From the NCBI GenBank assembly GCA_964016885.1, contig OZ024752.1, positions 13,392,001 through 13,456,000 on the forward strand: 64,000 nt of DNA, given 5' to 3'. The notes under the pieces are model-generated. The model was not told where the DNA came from and did not search any database. It was given only the letters and a program-made list of their open reading frames with translations. Made by a program: the position numbers and the translations under genes. Source of the DNA: Eledone cirrhosa. Lineage: Eukaryota. This document shows positions 11,901 to 26,900 of the stretch, one piece after another. Position 1 is the stretch's first letter. Each line of letters opens with the position of its first letter.

Positions 11901-14900
11901 TCTGTGACAAATATTAAAGGGAGTGATCTGTGTAATACTGATCTGTGACAGATATTAAAGAGAGTGATCTGTGTAATACTGATCTGTGACAGATATTAAA
12001 GGGAGTGATCTGTGTAATACTGATATGTGACAAATATTAAAGGGAGTGATCTGTGTAATACTGATCTGTGACAGATATTAAAGGGAGTGATCTGTGTAAT
12101 ACTGATCTGTGACAAATATTAAAGGGAGAGATCTGAGTAATACTGATCTGTGACAAATATTAAATGGAGGGATTATGTGTAATACTGATCTGTGACAAAT
12201 ATTAAAAGGAGTGATCTGTGTAATACTGATCTGTGACAGATATTAAAGGGAGAGATCTGTGTAATACTGATCTGTTACAAATATTAAAGGGAGAGATCTG
12301 TGTAATACTGATCCGTGGCAAATATTAAAGGGAATGATCTGTGTAATACTGATCTGTGACAGATATTAAAGGGAGTGATCTGTGTAATACTGATCTGTGA
12401 CATATATTAAAGGGAGTGATCTGTGTAATACTGATCTGTGACAAATATTAAAGGGAGAGATCTGTGTAATACTGATCTGTGACATATATTAAAGGGAGTG
12501 ATCTGTGTAATACTGATCTGTGACAGATATTAAAGGGAGTGATCTGTGTAATACTGATATGTGACAAATATTAAAGGGAGAGATCTGTGTAATACTGATC
12601 TGTGACAAATATTAAAGGGAGTGATCTGTGTAATACTGATCTGTGACAAATATTAAAGGGAGAGATCTGTGTAATACTGATCTGTTACAAATATTAAAGG
12701 GAGGGATCTGTGTAATACTGATCTGTGACAGATATTAAGGGGAGTGATCTGTGTAATACTGATATGTGACAAATATTAAAGGGAGAGATCTGTGTAATAC
12801 TGATCTGTTACAAATATTAAAGGGAGTGATCTGTGTAATACTGATCTGTGACAAATATTAAAGGGAGGGATTTGTGTAATACTGATCTGTGACAGATATT
12901 AAGGGGAGTGATCTGTGTAATACTGATATGTGACAAATATTAAAGGGGGGGATCTGTGTCATACTGATATGTGACAAATATTAAAGGGAGAGATCTGTGT
13001 AATACTGATCTGTGACATATATTAAAGGGAGTGATCTGTGTAATACTGATCTGTGACAGATATTAACGTGAGTTATCTGTGTAATACTGATATGTGAGAA
13101 ATATTAAAGGGAGAGATCTGTGTAATACTGATCTGTGACAAATATTAAAGGGAGAGATCTGTGTAATACTGATCTGTGACAGATATTAAAGGGAGTGATC
13201 TGTGTAATACTTATATGTGACAAATATTAAAGGGGGGATCTGTGTAATACTGATCTGTGACGAATATTAAAGGGAGGGAGCTGTGTAATACTGATCTGTG
13301 ACAGATAATAAAAGGAGTGATCTGTGTAATACTGATCTGTGACATATATTAAAGGGAGTGATCTGTGTAATACTGATCTGTGACATATATTAAAGGCAGA
13401 GATCTGTGTAATACTGATCTGTGACAAATATTAAAGGGAGTGATCTGTGTAATACTGATATGTGACAGATATTAAAGGGAGAGATCTGTGTAATACTGAT
13501 CTGTGACAGATATTAAAGGGAGAGATCTGTGTAATACTGATCTATGACAAATATTAAAGGCAGAGATCTGTGTAATACTGATCTGTGACAAATATTAAAG
13601 GGAGTGATCTGTGTAATACTGATCTGTGACAAATATTAAAGGGAGAGATCTGTGTAATACTGATCTGTAACAAATATTAAAGGGAGTGATCTGTGTAATA
13701 CTGATCTGTGACAAATATTAAAGGGAGAGATCTGTGTAATACTGATCTGTTACAAATATTAAAGGGAGGGATCTGTGTAATACTGATCTGTGACAGATAT
13801 TAAGGGGAGTGATCTGTGTAATACTGATCTGTGACAAATATTAAAGGGGGGGGATCTGTGTAATACTGATATGTGACAAATATTAAAGGGAGGGAGCTGT
13901 GTAATAATGATCTGTGACAGATAATAAAAGGAGTGATGTGTGTAATACTGATCTGTGACATATATTAAAGGGAGAGATCTGTGTAATACTGATCTGTGAC
14001 AGATATTAAAGGGAGAGATCTGTGTAATACTGATCTGTGATAGATATTAAAGGGAGTGATCTGTGTAATACTGATCTGTGACATATATTAAAGGGAGAGA
14101 TCTGTGTAATACTGATCTGTGATAGATATTAAAGGGAGTGATCTGTGTAATACTGATCTGTGACATATATTAAAGGGAGAGATCTGTGTAATACTGATCT
14201 GTGACAGACATTAAAGGGAGTAATCTGTGTAATACTGATGAGTGACAGATATTAAAGGGAGGGATCTGTGTAATACTGATCTGTGACAAATATTAAAGGG
14301 AGAGATATGTGTAATACTGATGTGTGACATATATTAAAGGGAGAGATCTGTGTAATACTGATCTGTGACAGATATTAAAGGGAGAGATTTGTGTAATACT
14401 GATCTGTGACAAATATTAAAGGGAGTGATCTGTGTAATACTGATATGTGACAAATATTAAAGGGAGGGATCTGTGTAATACTGATCTGTGACAAATATTA
14501 AAGGGAGTGATCTGTGTAATACTGATATGTGACAAATATTAAAGGGAGGGATCTGTGTAATACTGATCTGTGACAAATATTAAAGGGAGAGATCTGTGTA
14601 ATACTGATGTGTGACAGATATTAAAGGCAGTGATCTGTGTAATACTGATCTGTGACAAATATTAAAGGGAGAGATCGGTGTAATACTGAGCTGTAACAAA
14701 TATTAAGGGGAGTAATCTGTGTAATACTGATCTGTGACAGATATTAAAGGGAGTGATCTGTGTAATACTGATCTGTGACAAATATTAAAGGGAGTAATCT
14801 GTGTAATACTGATCTGTGACAAATATTAAAGGGAGTGATCTGTGTAATACTGATCTGTGACAGATATTAAAGGGAGTGATCTGTGTAATACTGATATGTG

Positions 14901-17900
14901 ACAAATATTGAAGGGAGAGATCTGTGTAATACTGATCTGTGACAAATATTAAAGGGAGTGATCTGTGTAATACTGATCTGTGACAAATATTAAAGGGAGA
15001 GATCTGTGTAATACTGATCTGTTACAAATATTAAAGGGAGTGATCTGTGTAATACTGATCTGTGACAGATATTAAAGGGAGTGATCTGTGTAATACTGAT
15101 ATGTGACAAATATTGAAGGGAGAGATCTGTGTAATACTGATCTGTGACAAATATTAAAGGGGGGAATCTGTGTAATACTGATATGTGACAAATATTGAAG
15201 GGAGAGATCTGTGTAATACTGATCTGTTACAAATATTAAAGGGAGGGATCTGTGTAATACTGATCTGTGACAGATATTAAGGGGAGTGATCTGTGTAATA
15301 CTGATATGTGACAAATATTAAAGGGGGGGGGGGGTCTGTGTAATACTGATCTGTGACAGATATTAAGGGGAGTGATCTGTGTAATACTGATATGTGACAA
15401 ATATTAATGGGGGGATCTGTGTCATATTAATATGTGACAAATATTAAAGGGAGAGATCTGTGTAATACTGATCTGTGACATATATTAAAGGGAGTGATCT
15501 GTGTAATACTGATCTGTGACAGATATTAACGTGAGTGATCTGTGTAATACTGATATGTGAGAAATATTAAAGGGAGAGATCTGTGTAATACTGATCTGTG
15601 ACAAATATTAAAGGGAGAGATCTGTGTAATACTGATCTGTGACAGATATTAAAGGGAGTGATCTGTCTAATACTTATATGTGACAAATATTAAAGGGGGG
15701 GATCTGTGTAATACTGATCTGTGACAGATAATAAAAGGAGTGATCTGTGTAATACTGATCTGTGACATATATTAAAGGGAGAGATCTGTGTAATACTGAT
15801 CTGTGACAGATATTAAAGGGAGAGATCTGTGTAATACTGATCTGTGACAGATATTAAAGGGAGAAATCTGTGTAATACTGATCTGTGATAGATATTAAAG
15901 GGAGTGATCTTTGTAATACTGATCTGTGACATATATTACAGGGAGAGATCTGTGTAATACTGATCTGTGATAGATATTAAAGGGAGTGATCTGTGTAATA
16001 CTGATCTGTGACATATATTAAAGGGAGAGATCTGTGTAATACTGATCTGTGACAGACATTAAAGGGAGTAATCTGTGTAATACTGATCTGTGACAGATAT
16101 TAAAGGGAGAGATCTGTGTAATACTGATCTGTAACATATATTAAAGGGAGAGATCTGTGTAATACTGATCTGTGACATATATTAAAGGGAGAGATCTGTG
16201 TAATACTGATCTGTGACAGATATTAAAGGGAGAGATCTGTGTAATACTGACCTTTGACAGATATTAAAGGGAGGGATCTGTGTAATACTGATCTGTGACA
16301 AATATTAAAGGGAGAGATATGTGTAATACTGATGTGTGAAAGATATTAAAGGGAGAGATATGTGTAATACTGATCTTTGACAGATATTAAAGGGAGAGAT
16401 TTGTGTAATACTGATCTGTGACAAATATTAAAGGGAGTGATCTGTGTAATACTGATATGTGACAAATATTAAATGGAGGGATCTGTGTAATACTGATCTG
16501 TGACAAATATTAAAGGGAGTGATCTGTGTAATACTGATATGTGACAAATATTAAAGGGAGGGATCTGTGTAATACTGATCTGTGACAAATATTAAAGGGA
16601 GAGATCTGTGTAATACTGATGTGTGACAGATATTAAAGGCAGTGATCTGTGTAATACTGATCTGTGACAAATATTAAAGGGAGAGATCTGTGTAATACTG
16701 ATCTGTGACAAATATTAAAGGGAGAAATCTGTGTAATACTGAGCTGTAACAAATATTAAGGGGAATAATCTGTGTAATACTGATCTGTGACAGATATTAA
16801 AGGGAGTGATCTGTGTAATACTGATCTGTGACAGATATTAAAGGGAGTGATCTGTGTAATACTGATCTGTGACAAATATTAAAGGGAGTAATCTGTGTAA
16901 TACTGATCTGTGACAAATATTAAAGGGAGTGATCCGTGTAATACTGATCTGTGACAGATATTAAAGGGAGTGATCTGTGTAATACTGAACTGTGACAAAT
17001 ATTAAAGGGAGTAATATGTGTAATACTGATTTGTGACAAATATTAAATGGAGTGATCTGTGTAATACTGATCTGTGACAGATATTAAAGGGAGAGATCTG
17101 TGTAATACTGATCTGTGACAAATATTAAAGGGAGTGATCTATGTAATACTGATCTGTGACAGATATTAAAGGGAGTGATCTGAGTAATACTGATCTGTGA
17201 CAAATATTAAAGGGAGTGATCTGTGTAATACTGATCTGTGACAGATATTAAAGGGAGAGATCTGTGTAATACTGATCTGTAACAGATATTAAAGGGAGGG
17301 ATCTGTGTAATACTGATCTGTGACAAATATTAAAGGGAGTGATCTGTGTAATACTGATCTGTGACAAATATTAAAGGGAGAGTTCTGTTTAATACTGATC
17401 TGTCACAGATATTAAAGAGAGTGATCTGTGACAGATATTAAAGGGAGTGATCTGTGTAATACTGATCTGTGACAGATATTAAAGGGAGTGATCTGTGTAA
17501 TACTGATCTGTGACAGATATTAAACGGAGTGATCTCTGTAATACTGATCTGTGACAAATATTAAAGGGGGGGATCTGTGAAATACTGATCTGTGACAAAT
17601 ATTAAAGGGAGGGAGCTGTGTAATACTGATCTGTGACAGATATTAAAAGGAGTGATCTGTGTAATACTGATCTGTGACATATATTAAAGGGAGAGATCTG
17701 TGTAGTACCTATCTGTGACAGATATTAAAGGGAGAGATCTGTGTAATACTGATCTGTGATAGATATTAAAGGGAGAGATCTGTGTATTACTGATCTGTGA
17801 CAAATATTAAAGGGAGTAATCTGTGTAATACTGATCTGTGACAAATATTAAAGGGAGTGATCCGTGTAATACTGATCTGTGACAGATATTAAAGGGAGTG

Positions 17901-20900
17901 ATCTGTATAATACTGATCTGTGACAAATATTAATTGGAGTAATCTGTGTAATACTGATATGTGACAAATATTAAAGTGAGTGTTCTGAGTAATACTGATC
18001 TGTGACAAATGTTAAAGGCAGAGATCTGTGTAATACTGATCTGTGACAAATATTATAGGGACTGATCTGTGTAATACTGATCTGTGACAAATATTAAAGG
18101 GAGTGATCTGTGTAATACTGATCTATGACAGATATTAAAGGGAGTGATCTGTGTAATACTGATCTGTGACAGATATTAAAGGGAGGGATCTGAGTAATAC
18201 TGATCTGTGACAAATATTAAAGGGAGTGATCTGTATAATACTGATCTGTGACAAATATTAAAGGGAGTAATCTGTGTAATACTGATCTGTGACAGATATT
18301 AAAGGGTGTGATCTGTGTAATACTGATCTGTGACAGATATTAAAGGGAGTGATCTGTGTAATACTGATCTGTGACAAATATTAAAGGGAGTAATCTGTGT
18401 AATACTGATCTGTGACAAATATTAAAGGGAGTGATCCGTGTAATACTGATGTGTGACAGATATTAAAGGGAGTGATCTGTGTAATACTGATCTGTGACAA
18501 ATATTATAGGCAGAGATCTGTGTAATACTGATCTGTGACAAATATTATAGGGAGTGATCTGTGTAATACTGATCCGTGACAAATATTAAAATGGGTGATC
18601 TGTGTAATTCTGATCTGTGACAGATATTAAAGGGAGTGATCTGTGTAATACTGATCTGTGACAGATATTAAAGGGAGGGATCTGAGTAATACTGATCTGT
18701 GACAAATATTATAGGGAGAGATCTGTGTAATACTGGTCTGTGATACATATTAAAGGGAGTGATCTGTGTAATACTGATCTGTGACATATATTAAAGGGAG
18801 AGATCTGTGTAATACTGATCTGTGACAGATATTAAAGGGAGATATCTGTGTAATACTGATCTGTGACAAATATTAAAGGGAGTGATCTGTGTAATAATGA
18901 TCTGTGATAGACATTATAGGGAGTAATCTGTGTAATACTGATCTGTGACAGATATTAAATGAAGAGATCTGTGTAATACTGATCTGTGACAGATATTAAA
19001 GGGAATAATCTGTGTAATACTGATCTGTGACAGATGTTAAAGGGAGTGATCTGTGTAATACTGATCTGTGACAGATATTAAAGTGAGTGATCCGTGTAAT
19101 ACTGATCTGTGACAGATATTAAAGGGAGTGATCTGTATAATACTGATCTGTGACAAATATTAAAGGGAGTAATCTGTGTAATACTGATATGTGACAAATA
19201 TTAAAGGGAGTGTTCTGAGTAATACTGATCTGTGACAAATATTAAAGGCAGAGATCTGTGTAATACTGATCTGTGACAGATATTATAGGGAGTGATCTGT
19301 GGAATACTGATCCGTGACAAATATTAAAGGGAGTGATCCATGTAATACTGATCTGTGACAAATATTAAAGGGAGGGAGCTGTGTAATACTGATCTGTGAC
19401 AGATATTAAAAGGAGTGATCTGTGTAATACTGATCTGTGACATATATTAAAGGGAGAGATCTGTGTAGTACTGATCTGTGACAGATATTAAAGGGAGAGA
19501 TCTGTGTAATACTGATCTGTGATAGATATTAAAGGGAGAGATCTGTGTAATACTGATCTGTGACAAATATTAAAGGGAGTAATCTGTGTAATACTGATCT
19601 GTGACAAATATTAAAGGGAGTGATCCGTGTAATACTGATCTGTGACAGATATTAAAGGGAGTGATCTGTATAATACTGATCTGTGACAAATATTAATTGG
19701 AGTAATCTGTGTAATACTGATATGTGACAAATATTAAAGTGAGTGTTCTGAGTAATACTGATCTGTGACAAATGTTAAAGGCAGAGATCTGTGTAATACT
19801 GATCTGTGACAAATATTATAGGGACTGATCTGTGTAATACTGATCCGTGACAAATATTAAAGGGAGTGATCTGTGTAATACTGATCTATGACAGATATTA
19901 AAGGGAGTGATCTGTGTAATACTGATCTGTGACAGATATTAAAGGGAGGGATCTGAGTAATACTGATCTGTGACAAATATTAAAGGGAGTGATCTGTGTA
20001 ATACTGATCTGTGACAAATATTAAAGGGAGTAATCTGTGTAATACTGATCTGTGACAGATATTAAAGGGAGTGATCTGTGTAATACTGATCTGTGACAGA
20101 TATTAAAGGGAGTGATCTGTGTAATACTGATCTGTGACAAATATTAAAGAGAGTAATCTGTGTAATACTGATCTGTGACAAATATTAAAGGGAGTGATCC
20201 GTGTAATACTGATGTGTGACAGATATTAAAGGGAGTGATCTGTGTAATACTGATCTGTGACAAATATTATAGGCAGAGATCTGTGTAATACTGGTCTGTG
20301 ATACATATTAAAGGGAGTGATCTGTGTAATACTGATCTGTGACAGATATTAAAGGGAGGGATCTGAGTAATACTGATCTGTGACAAATATTATAGGGAGA
20401 GATCTGTGTAATACTGGTCTGTGATACATATTAAAGGGAGTGATCTGTGTAATACTGATCTGTGACATATATTAAAGGGAGAGATCTGTGTAATACTGAT
20501 CTGTGACAGATATTAAAGGGAGATATCTGTGTAATACTGATCTGTGACAAATATTAAAGGGAGTGATCTGTGTAATAATGATCTGTGATAGACATTAAAG
20601 GGAGTAATCTGTGTAATACTGATCTGTGACAGATATTAAATGAAGAGATCTGTGTAATACTGATCTGTGACAGATATTAAAGGGAATAATCTGTGTAATA
20701 CTGATCTGTGACAGATGTTAAAGGAAGTGATCTGTGTAATACTGATCTGTGACAGATATTAAAGTGAGTGATCCGTGTAATACTGATCTGTGACAGATAT
20801 TAAAGGGAGTGATCTGTATAATACTGATCTGTGACAAATATTAAAGGGAGTAATCTGTGTAATACTGATATGTGACAAATATTAAAGGGAGTGTTCTGAG

Positions 20901-23900
20901 TAATACTGATCTGTGACAAATATTAAAGGCAGAGATCTGTGTAATACTGATCTGTGACAGATATTATAGGGAGTGATCTGTGGAATACTGATCCGTGACA
21001 AATATTAAAGGGAGTGATCCATGTAATACTGATCTTTGACAAATATTAAAGGGAGTAATCTGTGTAATACTGATCTGTGACAGATATTAAAGGGAGTGAT
21101 CTTTGTAATACTGATCTGTGACAGATATTAAAGGGAGTGATCTGTGTAATACTGATCTGTGACAAATATTAAAGGGAGTAATCTGTGTAATACTGATCTG
21201 TGACAAATATTAAAAGGAGTGATCCGTGTAATACTGATCTGTGACAAATATTAAAGGGAGTGATCCGTGTAATACTGATCTGTGACAAATATTAATGGCA
21301 GAGATCTGTGTAATACTGATCTGTGACAGATATTAAAGGTAGTGATCTGTGTAATACTGATCTGTGACAGATATTAAAGGGAGGGATCTGAGTAATACTG
21401 ATCTGTGACAAATATTAAAGGGAGTGATCTATGTAATACTGACCTGTGACAAATATTAAAGGGAGTGATCTGAGTAATACTGATCTGTGACAGATATTAA
21501 AGGTAGTGATCTGTGTAATACTGATCCGTGACAAATATTAAAGTGAGTGATCTGTGTAATACTGATCTGTGACAGATATTAAAGGGAGTGATCTGTGTAA
21601 TACTGAGCTGTGACAGATATTAAAGGGAGGGATCTGAGTAATACTGATCTGTGACAAATATTAAAGGGAGAGATCTGTGTAATACTGATCTGTGACAGAT
21701 ATTAAAGGGAGAGATCTGTGTAATACTGATCTGTGATACATATTAAAGGGAGTGATCTGTGTAATACTGATCTGTGACATATATTAAAGGGAGAGATCTG
21801 TGTAATACTGATCTGTGACAGATATTAAAGGGACATATCTGTGTAATACTGATCTGTGACAAATATTAAAGGGAGTGATCTGTGTAATAATGATCTTTGA
21901 TAGACATTAAAGGGAGTAATCTGTGTAATACTGATCTGTGACAGATATTAAATGGAGAGATCTGTGTAATACTGATCTGTGACAGATATTAAAGGGAATA
22001 ATCTGTGTAATACTGATCTGTGACAGATGTTAAAGGGAGTGATCTGTGTAATACTGATCTGTGACAGATATTAAAGGGAGTGATCCGTGTAATACTGATC
22101 TGTGACAGATATTAAAGGGAGTGATCTGTATAATACTGATCCGTGACAAATATTAAAGGGAGTAATCTGTGTAATACTGATATGTGACAAATATTAAAGG
22201 GAGTGTTCTGAGTAATACTGATCTGTGACAAATATTAAAGGCAGAGATCTGTGTAATACTGATCTGTGACAGATATTATAGGGACTGATCTGTGTAATAC
22301 TGATCCGTGACAAATATTAAAGGGAGTGATGTGTGTAATACTGATCTGTGACAGATATTAAAGGGAGTGATCTGTGTAATACTGATCTGTGACAGATATT
22401 AAAGGGAGGGATCTGAGTAATACTGATCTGTGACAAGTATTAAAGGGAGTGATCCATGTAATACTGATCTGTGACAAATATTAAAGGGAGTAATCTGTGT
22501 AATACTGATCTGTGACAGATATTAAAGGGAGTGATCTGTGTAATACTGATCTGTGACAGATATTAAAGGGAGTGATCTGTGTAATACTGATCTGTGACAA
22601 ATATTAACGGGAGTAATCTGTGTAATACTGATCTGTGACAAATATTAAAGGGAGTGATCCGTGTAATACTGATCTGTGACAAATATTAAAGGGAGTGATC
22701 CGTGTAATACTGATCTGTGACAAATATTAATGGCAGAGATCTGTGTAATACTGATCTGAGACAAATTTTATAGGGAGTGATCTGTGTAATACTGATCCGT
22801 GACAAATATTAAAGGCAGTGATCTGTGTAATACTGATCTGTGACAAATATTATAGGGAGTGATCTGTGTAATACTCATCCGTGACAAATATTAAAGGGAG
22901 TGATCTGAGTAATACTGATCTGTGACAGATATTAAAGGTAGTGATCTGTGTAATACTGATCTGTGACAAATATTAAAGGGAGTGATCTGAGTAATACTGA
23001 TCTGTGACAGATATTAAAGGTAGTGATCCGTGTAATACTTATCTGTGACAAATATTAAAGGCAGAGATCTGTGTAATACTGATCTGTGACAAATATTATA
23101 GGGAGTGATCTGTGTAATACTCATCCGTGACAAATATTAAAGGGAGTGATCTGTGTAATACTAATGTGTGACAGATATTAAATGGAGTCATCTGTGTAAT
23201 ACTGATCTGTGACAGATATTAAAGGGAGTGATCTATGTAATACTGATCTGTGACAGATATTAAAGGGAGATATCTGTGTAATACTGATCTGTGACAAATA
23301 TTAAAGGGAGTGATCTGTGTAATACTGATCTGTGATAGACATTAAAGGGAGTAATCTGTGTAATACTGATCTGTGACACATATTAAATGGAGAGATCTGT
23401 GTAATACTGATCTGTAACATATATTAAAGGGAGTAATCTGTGTAATACTGATCTGTGACAGATGTTAAAGGGAGTGATCTGTGTAATACTGATCTGTGAT
23501 AGATATTAAAGGGAGTGATCTGTGTAATACTGATCTGTGACAAATATTAAAGGGAGTAATCTGTGTAATACTGATCTGTGACAAATATTAAAGGGAGTGA
23601 TCCGTGTAATACTGATCTGTGACAGATATTAAAGGGAGTGATCTGTGTAATACTCATATGTGACAAATATTAAAGGGAGTGTTCTGAGTAATACTGATCT
23701 CTGACAAATATTAAAGGCAGAGATCTGTGTAATACTGATCTGTGACAAATATTATAGGGAGTGATCTCTGTAATACTGATCCGTGACAAATATTAAAGGG
23801 AGTGATCTGTGTAATGCTGATCTGTGACAGATATTAAAGGGAGTGATCTGTGTAATACTGATCTGTGACAGATATTAAAGGGAGGGATCTGAGTAATACT

Positions 23901-26900
23901 GATCTGTGACAAGTATTAAAGGGAGTGATCTGTGTAATACTGATCTGTGACAAATATTAAAGGGAGGGATCTGAGTAATACTGATCTGTGACAAATATTA
24001 AAGGGAGAGATCTGTGTATTACTGATCTGTGACAGATATTAAAGGGAGAGATCTGTGTAATACTGATCTGTGATACATATTAAAGGGAGTGATCTGTGTA
24101 ATACTGATCTGTGACATATATTAAAGGGAGAGATCTGTGTAATACTGATCTGTGACAGATATTAAAGGGAGATATCTGAGGAATACTGATCTGTGACAAA
24201 TATTAAAGGGAGTGATCTGTGTAATACTGATCTGTGATAGACATTAAAGGGAGTAATCTGTGTAATACTGATCTGTGACACATATTAAATGGACAGATCT
24301 GTGCAATACTGATCTGTAACATATATAAAAGGGAGTAATCTGTGTAATACTGATCTGTGACAGATGTTAAAGGGAGTGATCTGTGTAATACTGATCTGTG
24401 ACAGATATTAAAGGGAGTGATCTGTGTAATACTGATCTGTGACAAATATTAAAGGGAGTAATCTGTGTAATACTGATCTGTGACAAATATTAAAGGGAGT
24501 GATCCGTGTAATACTGATCTGTGACAGATATTAATGGCAGAGATCTGTGTAATACTGATCTGAGACAAATATTATAGGGAGTGATCTGTGTAATACTGAT
24601 CCGTGACAAATATTAAAGGGAGTGTTCTGAGTAATACTGATCTGTGACAAATATTAAAGGCAGAGATCTGTGTAATACTGATCTGTGACAAATATTATAG
24701 GGAGTGATCTGTGTAATACTGATCTGTGACAAATATTAAAGGGAGTGATCTGTGTAATGCTGATCTGTGACAGATATTAAAGGGAGTGATCTGTGTAATA
24801 CTGATCTGTGACAGATATTAAAGGGAGGCATCTGAGTAATACTGATCTGTGACAAGTATTAAAGGGAGTGATCTGTGTAATACTGATCTGTGACAAATAT
24901 TAAAGGGATGGATCTGAGTAATACTGATCTGTGACAAATATTAAAGGGAGAGATCTGTGTAATACTGATCTGTGACAGATATTAAAGGGAGAGATCTGTG
25001 TAATACTGATCTGTGATACATATTAAAGGGAGTGATCTGTGTAATACTGATCTGTGACATATATTAAAGGGAGACATCTGTGTAATACTGATCTGTGACA
25101 GATATTACAGGGAGATATCTGAGGAATACTGATCTGTGAGAAGTATTAAAGGGAGTGATCTGTGTAATACTGATCTGTGATAGACATTAAAGGGAGTAAT
25201 CTGTGTAATACTGATCTGTGACAGATGTTAAAGGAAGTGATCTGTGTAATACTGATCTGTGACAGATATTAAAGGGAGTGATCTGTGTAATACTGATCTG
25301 TGACAAATATTAAAGGGAGTAATCTGTGTAATACTGATCTGTGACAAATATTAAAGGGAGTGATCCGTGTAATACTGATCTGTGACAGTAATTAAAGGGA
25401 GTGATCTGTATAATACTGATCTGTGACAATATTAAAGGGAGTAATCTTAGTAATACTGATATGTGACAAATATTAAAGGGAGTGTTCTGAGTAGTACTGA
25501 TCTGTGACAAATATTAAAGGGAGAGATCTGTGTAATACTGATCCGTGACAAATATTAAAGGGAGTGATCTGTGTAATACTGATCTGTGACAGATATTAAA
25601 GGGAGTGATCTGTGTAATACTGATCTGTGACAGATATTAAAGGGAGGGATCTGAGTAATACTGATCTGTGACAAGTATTAAAGGGAGTGATCTGTGTAAT
25701 ACTGATCTGTGACAAATATTAAAGGAAGTAATCTGTGTAATACTGATCTGTGACAGATATTAAAGGGAGAGATCTGTGTAATACTGATCTGTGACAGATA
25801 TTAAAGGGAGTGATCTGTGTAATACTGATCTGTGACAAATATTAAAGGGAGTAATCTGTGTAATACTGATCTGTGACAAATATTAAAGGGAGTGATCCGT
25901 GTAATACTGATCTGTGACAAATATTAAATGGAGTGATCCATGTAATACTGATCTGTGACAAATATTAATGGCAGAGATCTGTGTAATACTGATCTGAGAC
26001 AAATATTATAGGGAGTGATCTGTGTAATACTGATCCGTGACAAATATTAAATGGAGTGATCTGTGTAATACTGATCTGTGACAGATATTAAAGGTAGTGA
26101 TCTGTGTAATACTGATCTGTGACAAATATTAAAGGGAGTGATCCGTGTAATACTTATCTGTGACAAATATTAAAGGCAGAGATCTGTGTAATACTGATCT
26201 GTGACAAATATTAAAGGGAGTAATCTGTGTAATACTGATCTGTGACAAATATTAAAGGGAGTGATCCGTGTAATACTGATCTGTGACAGATATTAAAGGG
26301 AGTGATCTGTATAATACTGATCTGTGACAAATATTAAAGGGAGTAATCTGTGTAATACTGATATGTGACAAATATTAAAGGGAGTGTTCTGAGTAATACT
26401 GATCTGTGACAAATATTAAAGGCAGAGATCTGTGTAATACTGATCTGTGACAAATATTATAGGGAGTGATCTGTGTAATACTGATCCGTGACAAATATTA
26501 AAGGGAGTGATCTGTGTAATGCTGATCTGTGACAGATATTAAAGGGAGTGATCTGTGTAATACTGATCTGTGACAGATATTAAAGGGAGGGATCTGAGTA
26601 ATACTGATCTGTGACAAGTATTAAAGGGAGTGATCTGTGTAATACTGATCTGTGACAAATATTAAAGGGAGGGATCTGAGTAATACTGATCTGTGACAAA
26701 TATTAAAGGGAGAGATCTGTGTAATACTGATCTGTGACAGATATTAAAGGGAGAGATCTGTGTAATACTGATCTGTGATACATATTAAAGGGAGTGATCT
26801 GTGTAATACTGATCTGTGACATATATTAAAGGGAGAGATCTGTGTAATACTGATCTGTGACAGATATTAAAGGGAGATATCTGAGGAATACTGATCTGTG

